The position numbers and the translations under genes are program-made. The notes beneath the pieces are model-generated. The model searched no databases. It was not told where the DNA came from and saw only the letters and a program-made list of their open reading frames with translations. A stretch of 62,905 nucleotides of DNA, filler included, from Saprolegnia diclina VS20 (taxonomy: Eukaryota), in NCBI RefSeq assembly GCF_000281045.1. It is 7 parts of 3 records of this genome, joined end to end, with 100 filler letters (N's around TTAATTAATTAA, not from the genome) between each part and the next. Parts side by side here need not be neighbours in the genome. Positions count along the whole stretch, not along the records: positions 43,223 to 55,945 come from NW_008246113.1; positions 56,046 to 57,299 come from NW_008246113.1; positions 57,400 to 58,903 come from NW_008246113.1; positions 59,004 to 60,517 come from NW_008246114.1; 3 more parts are not named here. One strand, written 5' to 3'. The number at the start of each line of letters is the position of its first letter. The first letter of the stretch is position 1. Shown one piece after another: positions 49,366-60,517 of this stretch.

Positions 49366-50249
49366 TTAGCAGTTTTCAGACAGAATACTGTCGAGAACCG
49401 CAACTACGTCAGCAAATGCGGGGCGCTTCGCAGGATCGTGCTGCCAGCATGCTTCCATAAGCTCCACGAGCTTAGTCGGCCACATTTCACGCTCACAAAG
49501 GCTCGGTCGGTAGGCTTCATGCGCCACCTTGTGCAAAAGCTCACGCGGCGGCAGTGCAGCATCCGAATACGGCGCTCTTCGGTTCAAGATCTCGAGCATC
49601 ACTACAGACACAACAATAGCATGAGTCCCATGGTATCTCTGACATCGTGCAACGTACGCATGCTGAACGAGTAGACATCGATCTTTTCCGTATAGTCCTT
49701 CTCGCCTCGCAACATCTCGGGAGCCGTCCACGCAGGCGTCCCCACCAGCGACGTGTCGAGTCCGAGTTTGCCGCTGAGCTCGAAATTTGCCACCTTTGCC
49801 TTGAGATTGTGCCTAATCAAAACAAAACATATCAGATCTCATGGCCATGTTCGTGAATGAATGGGTACATGAGGTGAATGTTTTCAGCGCGCAGATCCCG
49901 ATGAAGGATCGGCTTTGGCTGCGAATGGAGGTACAACATACCCCTCGCCACGTCCAATAGAATGTGTACAATAAGGTCGAGGCTCAGGTCCGCGTCGGAC
50001 GCCAGCAGCCCCGCGAGCGTTCCGTGCACAGCGTGCTCCGTGACAACGTACAACGGTTTGCCCAGCTTCCAGCTGACGCCGAAAAACGAGGCGATGTTGG
50101 GATGGTACATGTCGATCAACTGACGCACGAGCAGGTTGAGCTTGCGGACCGATTCGAGTGTCGGTGATTCGATCCGCAGGATCGACGCCAGTGCGCCGTC
50201 AAAGGTCCCGTCGTGTGTCGCACCCCCAAGCGTACTGCAGCGCACGAGC
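49366..50249 (-). CDS. TKL-type protein kinase-like protein (probable pseudokinase), 5' end in the gap
   Basis: HPNI, LDVARGMLYLHSQPKPILHRDLRAEN, KVANFEL, GTPAWTAPE, DVYSF, CWQHDPAKRPAF. Confidence 0.85.
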
Positions 50250-50609
50250 NNNNNNNNNNNNNNNNNNNNNNNNNNNNNNNNNNNNNNNNNNNNNNNNNNN
50301 NNNNNNNNNNNNNNNNNNNNNNNNNNNNNNNNNNNNNNNNNNNNNNNNNCCAGCCATGGCGGCTTGAGAGTCGGGCTCGGCAGCGGGCCACACTTGTAGG
50401 ATCATGGGCAGCGGACAGAAACGCCAAGTCTCCGGATTTGGTCACGTGGAGGTTCGGTGGATCCAGAGGTGCATCCATGTTGCTGCCTATCCTGCTTGGA
50501 TCCTATCAGCCACATGTATTTGCTTTCATTGCGAGCGGATTGTGAAGATATCGTACAACGAACGCAACGGCGGTTGCCACCCAACGTGTTGCATGCGACG
50601 GCCAGCTCG

Positions 50610-50990
50610 GTAAGGTGCACGAGTATGGTACACATTAGTCGTATTATCGTTAATCATAGTCTAGCAAAACTGCTAAAACGATGCCGTATCATCGCGTCTG
50701 GACCCATTCGAATCCAGTAGTACGCCGACTACGTGCCACAGCTTCGATTGCTGTCGCCTTGTGTACCGAGACGCTGTTAGCAGATCTCAGACAGAATACT
50801 GTCGAGAAGCGCAACGACGTCAGCAAATGCGGGGCGCTTCGCAGGATCGTGTTGCCAGCACGCTTCCATGAGCTCCACGAGCTTAGTCGGCCACCTTTCA
50901 CGCTCACAAAGGCTCGGTCGGTAGGCTTCATGCGCCACCTTGTGCAAAAGCTCACGCGGCGGCAGTGCAACATCCGAATACGGCGCTCTT
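50610..50990 (-). repeat. Second copy of the kinase 3' exon and downstream flank
   Basis: Matches about 49200-49580 at offset 1411 with scattered substitutions. Confidence 0.85.
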
Positions 50991-51090
50991 NNNNNNNNNN
51001 NNNNNNNNNNNNNNNNNNNNNNNNNNNNNNNNNNNNNNNNNNNNNNNNNNNNNNNNNNNNNNNNNNNNNNNNNNNNNNNNNNNNNNNNNN

Positions 51091-51890
51091 GAGGTCATCA
51101 CCTCGTGCGCGGTCGCGTTGATGTCAAACCCGGGTCGGGACACAAAGAGCGCCGCGACGTCCTTGTTGTTTTGGCAACACGCCATCATAAAGGGTGTGAT
51201 GCCCGTGCGCTCGAGCCCGTGGTGAACTTGAATATCGGGGTACGCGAGTAGATGCGCCACAATCTCGACTTCGTTTTGAATGCATGCGAGCATGAGGGCG
51301 GTCGACCCGCCCTAGATTGTGAAACTAAGAAAACTCCGATATCGCAACAAGAATGACAAAGTGAACCGGCGCCGTCGCTTCCACGTTGATGCTTGGGTGC
51401 TGGAGAAGCGCGGCGACGTGCGCGAGGTGGCTCGCATCGACCGCTTCCATCAGCGGCGTGTAGCCCGCCTAATAAGATGTATAAATTGGCGAGGTGGTTG
51501 GCTCGTAGGGAGCATCTACGTCGTTGAAAGCGTTCACATCGACACACGGATGCAGCAAAAGAAGCTGGGCGACGTCCAGCTGCCCGTATTTGCACGCGAG
51601 CAGGAGCGCGCCGTTGCCATCTTCGTCGACCTCGTTGACGTCGACGTCGCCGAGCGCGAGCGTCTCGGTCACCGTGGCCACGTCGCCCTTGGCACACGCT
51701 GCAAAGAAGCGGTGGCGCACCTACAACCAGAGAGCATGAGATGAGAGCTAGCGGTGGCAGCCTACGTCGTCGTTGTCGTCGTCAAGGCCCGAGCTCATCA
51801 TCAAGAAAAAAGGCGACTGGCAATGTCAAGGTTTTGGCCTGTCGCAGACAAGAGCCAATCACATGCCGCCATTCTCGACCAATCCGGATG
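51091..51890 (-). repeat. Second copy of the ankyrin gene 5' exons and proximal promoter
   Basis: Matches about 47161-47960 at offset 3930, then diverges. Confidence 0.85.
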
Positions 51891-52496
51891 CGCTATCCGG
51901 ACGCCCATCAGATGCAGCCAATCGGCGGCGCCACGACAAATTCATTGAACACGTCAAGCGGCGTGACGACGTGAGGCTGGGCATCCCCCATATTTCTCGT
52001 TCGAGCGATACTATACGATGCAGGTATCTCGAGCGCCCATACAATGTTTGTGCATCTTACAGAGAAGGACAGAGAGGCTGTCTTGCGCCTGGGTCACAAA
52101 TAGAAGGTCCTGTCTCGTTCTCGGAGCAGTGGAAGTGGACAGTAGGCTATCCCCAAGAAACAGTCTTGGAGCGAGCGACGCAGAGCGCATACAGGTGCGA
52201 TGGAGTCTGGCCACTCGGTAAGAATATTTGCGTCATATGTGCAATTATGACAGAACCCAAATTCTAGCGCGGACGATTTGCCGACGCCGTTCTATCTGCG
52301 TTGTTTTCTAAAGACACCCACACACAGTGTTGTCGAGTTGTGCTATTGTATCAAGTGCTCGCGCTGCTTGTTGCCAAATGACGCGCAGCTCGCGCACGTG
52401 ATACATGATAACTACTGTGAAAAAAGAGTTGGTGGATTCTATCAAGTGGGTTTGTACCCTTGCGAATGAACGTTTGCTCGCGATTTTATGGCAGAC

Positions 52497-52512
52497 GTCA
52501 CTTTTCGATTTC
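52497..52512 (+). promoter_or_regulatory. Inr/FPR-like core promoter element
   Basis: GTCACTTTTCGATTTC about 40-55 nt upstream of ATG 52553, supporting that start. Confidence 0.5.
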
Positions 52513-52552
52513 ACTTGTCCTCCTCGCATCACGGTCTTCGACTGCAACCGTT

Positions 52553-55321
52553 ATGACATGGCCTTCGCCCTGTGACCACCTCACCATCTACGAATACAAC
52601 ACGACGCTTCGCCTGTCGGCGCTTACGTATACGGCCAAGCCGCCGCGGGCGACGTATTCCGAGTTCAAGGTGTATACGCTCAGCGAGCTCAAGACAAAAC
52701 TCAACCTTAGCTCTGAGAACCAGCCGTTTGTTGCCTACGCCGGCGAGAAGATCCGTGTGATTGTGGCTACAATAGCATCCGTGGCGTACGTGGCTATCAC
52801 AGGTACCAACTCGCCTCAGGAGGTGTTGGCCAACTTTGCTGTCCACGCGCAGCAAATTGTTCCCCGTCGAGACGCCCACGCACCAACCGTGTACCTCAAA
52901 GACGTCCGCGGCCTCGGCATCGTCCGCCTTGCCCGGGCTTTACTTGAAGTCGATGATATCCAGAAGGTGATTCTGTGTGGCCACAGCCGCGGCGGTAGTA
53001 TAGCCCACACGGCCCACTACGAACTCATCTCGGACCCGCGCTACTTCTTTGACAAGACGAAGCTGCTCTCGGTCGCATTCGGCTCGACGCCATTCCTCAA
53101 GAGCGACGCACCCAACGTTGATGAAGCGTCACGTTTCATCACCTTTTTCACCGATTCCGACGTGGTGCCAGCACTCTTCGTGGGTCCAGTCCTTGAACTT
53201 GTGCGCAAAGCGGTGCTCGATGAGAAGAAGTTCGTGTCCACGCTGGTCACCCTCTTTGTTGGCATCAACGTGGATACGGTGTCGGAGCAGGCCATGAACG
53301 ACTGGGCCGCGGCGTTGATTGAATTCAAGTACTACGGATCATGGGTCAACCTGTCTACTTGGAAGGCATGCATCGAGAACGAGAACGAACAACAGGACCC
53401 GTCGTGCCCGTCGAACAACGACCCCGAGCCGACGTGGACCGTCGACACTAACCGGCAAAAGCTCTTCAAATCGGAACCATTCCTGCGCAAGCGAGACATG
53501 GCCACGATCAAGCAGCAACACAACATTCAAGACACGTATATGCGATTCATCAGCGAGAGCGTGCCGTCCGAGCAAGCCGCGGAAGCGATAGCGCTCCAAA
53601 ACACGGTGCACTTGGTCGCCGCCTCGACCCTTGTGACGAGCGACATGTCCAGCATGTGGTTGGCTGTGCTTCTCAACAAAGCCATGTCCGCCGCTGTCGT
53701 TACCAAGACCTTTGGCAAAAACGAGATCGCTGACAAGGTTGCTGATTTTGTGCTGGCGCAGCGCGCGTACCTCGAAGTCGTGTACAAGATGGCCAAGGCA
53801 AACGACTCGACGCTGAACGTCGAGACGGAAGTGGACAATGCGATGCAAGGCTGGATTAAGTTCCAAAAGCGCATGGCCAAGATCCAGGACCACTCCGAGG
53901 ACACAAGCGACGCGCCGGAAGAAACGTGGAACAAGTTCAACGACGACAACATCACGGCCGACATGAACAGTCTCTCGATCTTTACGGCGATGGCACTTTC
54001 CACGAATCACTTGATCGCGCCTCCAAGCCTCTATGCCCGAGCAAAGGAAGCCGCCACGACGCTGCTTCACTTTGCTTCTTGCAAAACCGGTATCCTTGGG
54101 CGGTTGGCGCTCGGCATCGTCGGTTTGGCGGCTGCTGGTTTCGCTCTGTTTTCGGGTGGCATTGGCGTTGTTGGATGTGTCGAGCTATTCTCTTTGCTCT
54201 CGGCCACTACCACCGTAGTTGGTGCAGATCTTGGTGTGGCCGCCTTTGGCACTGTCGTGTGCGCGAGCTCGTCCTATTTGACGGGCCATGGGGCATATAT
54301 TGCGCTAGTCAACGCCTTCCGTCAAGCAGATAAGGCCGCACCCCAAGCGGTCATGCGACTGCGGTCCGAGACGTACAAAGAACTCGGGAGCGCCTACGTT
54401 CACCAACTGCGAGTCATGGCCGCGGTCACTGACATGACGATTGGCGAAGACGAGAGTGCCGAAGCAATCGAGAAGGAGTTCACCACGACGGCCAATCTCA
54501 CTGTGCGAGACGCCGTGAATCGACCCATCGTTGAGAGCTTCATTGCCGTGCTCAAGACAATCGTTGCTCTGCGCATGGTCTGTCAACGCCTTATCTTCGT
54601 CGTCATCAATGGCAACCAAACCGTCGGCAAATCGTGGTTTCTCCGCGCCATCAGCAAGAAGCCCCCGCCGCATCGCGACAGCACTCAGTTCCCCATGTTT
54701 CAACCGTACGCCCCCAATGGCATCGAGAATATTGATCCCAACCACGAGCACGTCTACATTCTGGACTTGCCTGGAAACGACTCGGACAGCGACCACCGCC
54801 GACGCTTTGTCAAAGAACTTTACGGCATCAGCACCATCGGCATTCACCTCTTTGCCTGCGACACGGAGCCGCGAATCAGCGACAAGGACTTGCAGTCGAT
54901 GCGGCACATGTTCAGCGGCTGCGACGACGTACTCATTTGCCTCAATAAGGCGCTTCTCATGGCAATCGAATGGCAAGACCCCGAGGACGCCACGAGTGAA
55001 GCCGAACGTCCGCTTACGCCCATCCGCGCTAAGTGGCGACAACACTTTGAAGCGAATGGGGTCGAGTTTGACGGGGCGAATACCAAGTACCACCTCAAGA
55101 TCACCGACATGAATGGAACGTACAAGCCATGCCCGAAGCCCAAGTCGACACCGCCGTCCGCCGCTGACCAAGCAAGCATTGTCAAATACAACAAAAAGGT
55201 CGCAAAGAAGCTGAAAAAACTCCGAGCCAACGGCGGCGAGGAAGCACAAGATGTCGTGAGATGGCTCAACGCAGTGATTCGCAAACTTCGAGCGACCAAC
55301 GTTCCATCGACCGACAAATAA
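52553..55321 (+). CDS. Lipase class 3 + Gly-rich hydrophobic hairpin + P-loop (TRAFAC) GTPase fusion, intronless
   Basis: VAITGT, CGHSRGG, AFGS, DVVPAL, HNIQDTY (lipase triad); LALGIVGLAAAGFALFSGGIGVVG..; GNQTVGKS, DST, DLPG, CLNKA (G1-G4). Confidence 0.8.
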   Translation: MTWPSPCDHLTIYEYNTTLRLSALTYTAKPPRATYSEFKVYTLSELKTKLNLSSENQPFVAYAGEKIRVIVATIASVAYVAITGTNSPQEVLANFAVHAQQIVPRRDAHAPTVYLKDVRGLGIVRLARALLEVDDIQKVILCGHSRGGSIAHTAHYELISDPRYFFDKTKLLSVAFGSTPFLKSDAPNVDEASRFITFFTDSDVVPALFVGPVLELVRKAVLDEKKFVSTLVTLFVGINVDTVSEQAMNDWAAALIEFKYYGSWVNLSTWKACIENENEQQDPSCPSNNDPEPTWTVDTNRQKLFKSEPFLRKRDMATIKQQHNIQDTYMRFISESVPSEQAAEAIALQNTVHLVAASTLVTSDMSSMWLAVLLNKAMSAAVVTKTFGKNEIADKVADFVLAQRAYLEVVYKMAKANDSTLNVETEVDNAMQGWIKFQKRMAKIQDHSEDTSDAPEETWNKFNDDNITADMNSLSIFTAMALSTNHLIAPPSLYARAKEAATTLLHFASCKTGILGRLALGIVGLAAAGFALFSGGIGVVGCVELFSLLSATTTVVGADLGVAAFGTVVCASSSYLTGHGAYIALVNAFRQADKAAPQAVMRLRSETYKELGSAYVHQLRVMAAVTDMTIGEDESAEAIEKEFTTTANLTVRDAVNRPIVESFIAVLKTIVALRMVCQRLIFVVINGNQTVGKSWFLRAISKKPPPHRDSTQFPMFQPYAPNGIENIDPNHEHVYILDLPGNDSDSDHRRRFVKELYGISTIGIHLFACDTEPRISDKDLQSMRHMFSGCDDVLICLNKALLMAIEWQDPEDATSEAERPLTPIRAKWRQHFEANGVEFDGANTKYHLKITDMNGTYKPCPKPKSTPPSAADQASIVKYNKKVAKKLKKLRANGGEEAQDVVRWLNAVIRKLRATNVPSTDK

Positions 55322-56045
55322 CGTTCATAATTTGGAAACGACCTGTGTGAGAGTATTGTAAACGTGGACTCGAATTACCACGCATTTCGCTTCTCAAACG
55401 CCGAGCAATCTTGAGCAATTTTGGGGTCGAAAAAAGTTTCTTGGGGTCACCTGCCGTTTTTGGAAGTGGCGGGATCGCTTACTCGTATGAGGATCAAATC
55501 GGAAATGGTCATGCTTCAGCGTCCGTTGCCCTTTCATCGTTTTATCCTACTCGTCTTCTGTTGTGCGCTCGACCTTCAGCGCCAAACTTCTTCCACTTCT
55601 TGGAATCACACATTTCGTACGGCGACCAAGTCACGAAGCCAACTGGTGGAACGGTCTCGCACCTGAGCTGGAACAGACCCCTTTGCATTGTGGCTGACAA
55701 CATCGTTTGAGCCATGCCTCGGTGATTTTGGCTGTACAGCATTGTACTTGTAGCGGGTCACAACGCGCCCTAGTGAGGCGGCTGTCAAAAGGTTGTTGTT
55801 GTTGAAGTGGGTCTTCTATTAAAATAGATACGTAAATCTACGCTAAATAAAATTGTCGGACTTTCTTCGTTGTGTAGGCGCTGGTGTTGATCTTGATCTA
55901 GGCCGGCAGAGGCAGGAGCGCGATCCGCGGGACAAGGTGCTGGCGNNNNNNNNNNNNNNNNNNNNNNNNNNNNNNNNNNNNNNNNNNNNTTAATTAATTA
56001 ANNNNNNNNNNNNNNNNNNNNNNNNNNNNNNNNNNNNNNNNNNNN

Positions 56046-56726
56046 TTCAACCAGTGCCAGGAAGGCGAGGAGGCCTACGGCGCGCTCTGCTACCCCAAGT
56101 GCAAGGAAGGCTACGAGAAGGTCGGCTGCTGCATCTGCCGTAAGAAGGGCTGCAGCGGCGCCGAAGGCGTCCATGATATCGGCGTCTCGTGCACCAAGCC
56201 CAAGGCGTACGGCCGCGGTGTTGGCTACGCGCTCTGGAACCAGGACAAGTGCGTCGCTGAGAACCCGCAAGGCTGTGAGAAGAACGGCCTCATGTGGTAC
56301 CCCAAGTGCAAGCCGGGCTTCCATAACTTTGGCTGCTGCATCTGCACGCCCGACTGCCCCGCTGGTACGCATGACGACGGCGCCTTCTGCCGCAAGGACC
56401 ACTATGGTCGCGGCGCCGGTGTCTCGCGCCTCGGCTGCGACAAGGGCCTCGAGAAGAGCGGTCTCTTTTGCTACAAGCCGTGCGCGCCCGGCTACAAAGG
56501 CGTCGGCCCCATGTGCTGGCCGCAGTGCCCGCCGTCGATTCCGTCCAACTGCGGTCTCTTCTGCACGTCGACGGGCGCCACGTGTGCCTCGAGTGCGATC
56601 GAGATCATTGGGTCTGTCGCCAAGATCGCGTTGAGTGCTGTCAACAACGACACGGCCGGTGCCATCTCGACGGGCATTCAGGCCGGCACGAAGGTCATTA
56701 CGCTCCAGCACTGCCCCAAGCCCTAA
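56046..56726 (+). CDS. Cysteine-rich repeat protein, probably secreted (5' part in the gap)
   Basis: Repeats GALCYPKCKEGYEKVGCCIC / GLMWYPKCKPGFHNFGCCIC / GLFCYKPCAPGYKGVGPMCW, with YGRG.G linkers. Confidence 0.75.
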   Translation, partial: FNQCQEGEEAYGALCYPKCKEGYEKVGCCICRKKGCSGAEGVHDIGVSCTKPKAYGRGVGYALWNQDKCVAENPQGCEKNGLMWYPKCKPGFHNFGCCICTPDCPAGTHDDGAFCRKDHYGRGAGVSRLGCDKGLEKSGLFCYKPCAPGYKGVGPMCWPQCPPSIPSNCGLFCTSTGATCASSAIEIIGSVAKIALSAVNNDTAGAISTGIQAGTKVITLQHCPKP

Positions 56727-57923
56727 GCGCGCAGCACGTCAAACGAAGTATGTTGTTCCAGATGTGTGAAACGACTGGAATGGTCGACTAAGCCCTTGAT
56801 AAATGTTGTCATGCGCACGTGAATTCCATTGTATCTAGTCATCTCGTCTAATGGGTCACGTTCAAAATAAGCGAAATGGAGAGTTGAAGTGCAATTTCTC
56901 GACAAACGCTGGCGTTACAGAACTTGGTGCTGGTTGGCGGTTGATAATTTGTTGATATTGACTATCAAGTTGTTCGTGAACGGGTCGAGCTTCCTAGAGA
57001 GCCGTAGAGGGGCTTGAATGTCGTCGTGGAGGACGACTCACTCTCTATTTCGAAGTGAAAAGGGGGCACATTGATTGCAGACTGTAGCCCTACGTTTGGG
57101 CGTACCCCAGCACGCACGACGACTCGGCAGCGAAGCAACGGCGGCAACTCCAAAAGCAGCAGACGTTGAACTGTATCGCCACGGAATGTTACAGACTCTG
57201 ACGCTCTGCCGTAGCAGCCAGCGGCGCGGCTTGTTTGCTCGCCGTTCTGTTTCTACATTTCGCCTCTACAACGACCCTTCCGCCACCAAATCCAACCAAN
57301 NNNNNNNNNNNNNNNNNNNNNNNNNNNNNNNNNNNNNNNNNNNTTAATTAATTAANNNNNNNNNNNNNNNNNNNNNNNNNNNNNNNNNNNNNNNNNNNNG
57401 TACCCCAGCACGCACGACGACTCGGCAGCGAAGAAACGGCGGCAACTCCGAAAGCAGCAGACGTTGCACTGTATCGCCACGGAATGTAACAGACTCTGAC
57501 GCTCTGCCGTAGGAGCCAGCGGCGCGGCTTGTTTGAGCTCGCCAGTGACGAGCTCGTTTGCTCGCCGGTTCTGTTTCTACATTTCGCCTCTACAACGACC
57601 CTTCCGCCACCAAATCCAACCAACGTGGTCAAGCCCCGCAAATCATCAACCAACCAACCCGCACGAACCAACCTCCCCAGCTCTCTCCTCCCCCCTCATC
57701 TCCTCCCGAGTGCCACCTAGTACCCTTACCCACAACCCTGCTCAAGAAGAATCGGGGAGCAATACGAGCATACTCGCGAGCACAAAACAAAACTACCAAC
57801 AAGGCAGACTTGAACAATGTCAATTGTTGGAACTGCAGTAAATTTGGACAATTGATATACTTTAAAAAACCCACTCTGCTTCAGAAGAGAAGCTCACTTT
57901 CAAATACTCCGAGCGCATCACAC

Positions 57924-58902
57924 ATGCAAAGAACCACCGAACACAACCCCCTGAAGCGCAAGGAAGCCCCACAGCCAAGTGCTGACCAACCAAAGCCCAA
58001 GATCCCGTCGTCGAGCAAAGCGGCGCAGGATCGCAACGCAAAGCCGATCGACGCTCCGCAAGCAACACCCGAAATGCTCACATGCCTTCCCCCGGCCTAC
58101 ATGATAGCCTATGAGGCCCTCAAAGTCCTTGGCGAAGCGCTCGTGCGCTGCAGTACGCTTGGGGGTGCGACACACGACGGGACCTTTGACGGCGCACTGG
58201 CGTCGATCCTGCGGATCGAATCACCGACACTCGAATCGGTCCGCAAGCTCAACCGACTCGTGCGTCAGTTGATCGACATGTACCATCCCAACATCGCCTC
58301 GTTTTTCGGCGTCAGCTGGAAGCTGGGCAAACCGTTGTACGTTGTCACGGAGCACGCTGTGCACGGAACGCTCGCGGGGCTGCTGGCGTCCGACGCGGAC
58401 CTGAGCCTCGACCTTATTGTACACATTCTATTGGACGTGGCGAGGGGTATGTTGTACCTCCATTCGCAGCCAAAGCCGATCCTTCATCGGGATCTGCGCG
58501 CTGAAAACATTCACCTCATGTACCCATTCATTCACGAACATGGCCATGAGATCTGATATGTTTTGTTTTGATTAGGCACAATCTCAAGGCAAAGGTGGCA
58601 AATTTCGAGCTCAGCGGCAAACTCGGACTCGACACGTCGCTGGTGGGGACGCCTGCGTGGACGGCTCCCGAGATGTTGCGAGGCGAGAAGGACTATACGG
58701 AAAAGATCGATGTCTACTCGTTCAGCATGCGTACGTTGCACGATGTCAGAGATACCATGGGACTCATGCTATTGTTGTGTCTGTAGTGATGCTCGAGATC
58801 TTGAACCGAAGAGCGCCGTATTCGGATGTTGCACTGCCGCCGCGTGAGCTTTTGCACAAGGTGGCGCATGAAGCCTACCGACCGAGCCTTTGTGAGCGTG
58901 AA
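57924..58902 (+). CDS. TKL-type pseudokinase, inverted copy with N-terminus (3' end in the gap)
   Basis: 58139-58902 is the reverse complement of 49486-50249 with few substitutions; likely start MQRTTEHNPLKRK. Confidence 0.75.
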
Positions 58903-59211
58903 ANNNNNNNNNNNNNNNNNNNNNNNNNNNNNNNNNNNNNNNNNNNNTTAATTAATTAANNNNNNNNNNNNNNNNNNNNNNNNNNNNNNNNNNNNNNNNN
59001 NNNCAGCGGTGCCACGTGCGAATGTACTGTCGACTCTGCTGTCCAGGTGGAGCTACAGTACACGAGACACTGGGGGTCCTGCCAAGAGCACAGACAGACA
59101 CAAGCTCTGATTCTAGAAAGCTCATTGAAGGCAGCTCAAAATATAGAACCGGTCGATGGTTTCGTCACCGCCACTCACATTCCCTTTTGCCATCTCGGCC
59201 CGAGTCGTGCC

Positions 59212-59940
59212 ATGGAGCTGCACCACATTCTACACTCGAGTGCGTCCTCTGAGGCGGCGTGGCGCTCCGGTGCGTGGACGGCCGAAGAAGATCAGTATCT
59301 CGCTGCCCTTGTCCATGCCTTTTGCAACGGCCTGCTTCCAGCTGTGCCCCGAAACACGCAACTCCGCGGGTACCTCGCGATCGAGCTCAGCTGCAACCCG
59401 ATGCGCGTCTCCAAAAAGCTCGGTCTCGGTCACCTTCTTGGCGAGCGACTGCCTCCCCGTGTCGGACGGCGCATGTACCAGCCAAACGACGACGCTGGGA
59501 TGGCACGTATTCAAACGACAGCGCAAGCACTCAACGATCTCCGTCAGTCGTTTATCGCCGCCTCGACGCGTCAATCACAAGAGCGAGTGGTGCGATCGCC
59601 GTCCTCCTCAACAACAAAAGCGAGCCGCGGTGGCAGCTGGTCGTGGGCCGAACAGGCGTACACGCTGCAGCTCATTCGATGCTTTGTGCAAGGCTATGTC
59701 AACGTGCCGAGTGGCACGACGTTGCGGTCGTTTCTGGCGCGCCAGCTGCAGTGTTGTCCGATGCGCGTGTCCAAGAAGCTGGGATCGCGGTCGCTCTGTG
59801 GTGCCCATTTGCCGCCGCGACTGGGGCGGGCGACATTTGTCGCGCCACAGAATTTGTCGCCGGCTCAGCAAACAGCAGCGATGCGAGCTCTCGACAAGCT
59901 GCAGAGATTGGACGACGCGCGTCGATCTAGGAAGGAGTAG
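59212..59940 (+). CDS. Protein with two Myb/SANT-like stramenopile repeats (putative transcription factor)
   Basis: RSGAWTAEEDQY..F..G..LRGYLA..LSCNPMRVSKKL and RGGSWSWAEQAY..F..G..GTTLRSFLA..LQCCPMRVSKKL. Confidence 0.65.
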   Translation: MELHHILHSSASSEAAWRSGAWTAEEDQYLAALVHAFCNGLLPAVPRNTQLRGYLAIELSCNPMRVSKKLGLGHLLGERLPPRVGRRMYQPNDDAGMARIQTTAQALNDLRQSFIAASTRQSQERVVRSPSSSTTKASRGGSWSWAEQAYTLQLIRCFVQGYVNVPSGTTLRSFLARQLQCCPMRVSKKLGSRSLCGAHLPPRLGRATFVAPQNLSPAQQTAAMRALDKLQRLDDARRSRKE

Positions 59941-60459
59941 GGGCCGTGTGTTGTAGGTTTAGGTGTCGTAGTGCTTGTGCGGTGGGCAGCCATCGACGCT
60001 TGTTAGGAGATCGATAGTAGAGTACTCGATAGTGCTTCAATCTCGTTTGAATTGCTCGTTTTGCGTCTTGCACACACTTCTATGGACGCGGAGTTCTTCG
60101 TAATATGGACGGTGTCATTGAGCTCTGTGCCAAAGAAGGGCGAGCAGCGCCAATGCGGGCAACTGCACGGACAATGCCACTCTTTATTGACAATGATGCC
60201 GTATCGTGTTTCGACCGCGAGCAGAGCACGGTAGACGAGACGGAATTGCAATTCTATTATGCAGCGAAAGCCCCGCGGGCTGGGGCTTCTGCGCTACTAC
60301 GGGTCGCTTGGCTGTTGGGTTCTCAACGTCACTGGATCGTTTCTCTTTGTCGAACTGTCAAACTCGTATCTAGAAGCTTGTAGCGAGCCGGCACCTTTTC
60401 AAACGGCGATTCCATCCAAGTGCCAAACCCAGGTAGCAACTTGATGGTTTAGTTCGATC

Positions 60460-60517
60460 ATACCTTCTCGGCCTTTTGGCTAAGATCAAGTGTAGTATCT
60501 GTTCTAATCAGTGTGAA
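60460..60517 (+). ncRNA. U2: U2 spliceosomal snRNA, 5' part (truncated by the gap)
   Basis: ATACCTTCTCGGCCTTTTGGCTAAGATCAAGTGTAGTATCTGTTCTAATCAGTGTGAA: canonical U2 5' end with the GTAGTA branch-point recognition sequence. Confidence 0.95.

Noticed and set aside
57102..57623. About 200-bp direct repeat on both sides of a gap, considered as an LTR pair
   Set aside because: Copies abut the gap and lack TG..CA ends and TSD; likely overlapping allelic contig ends
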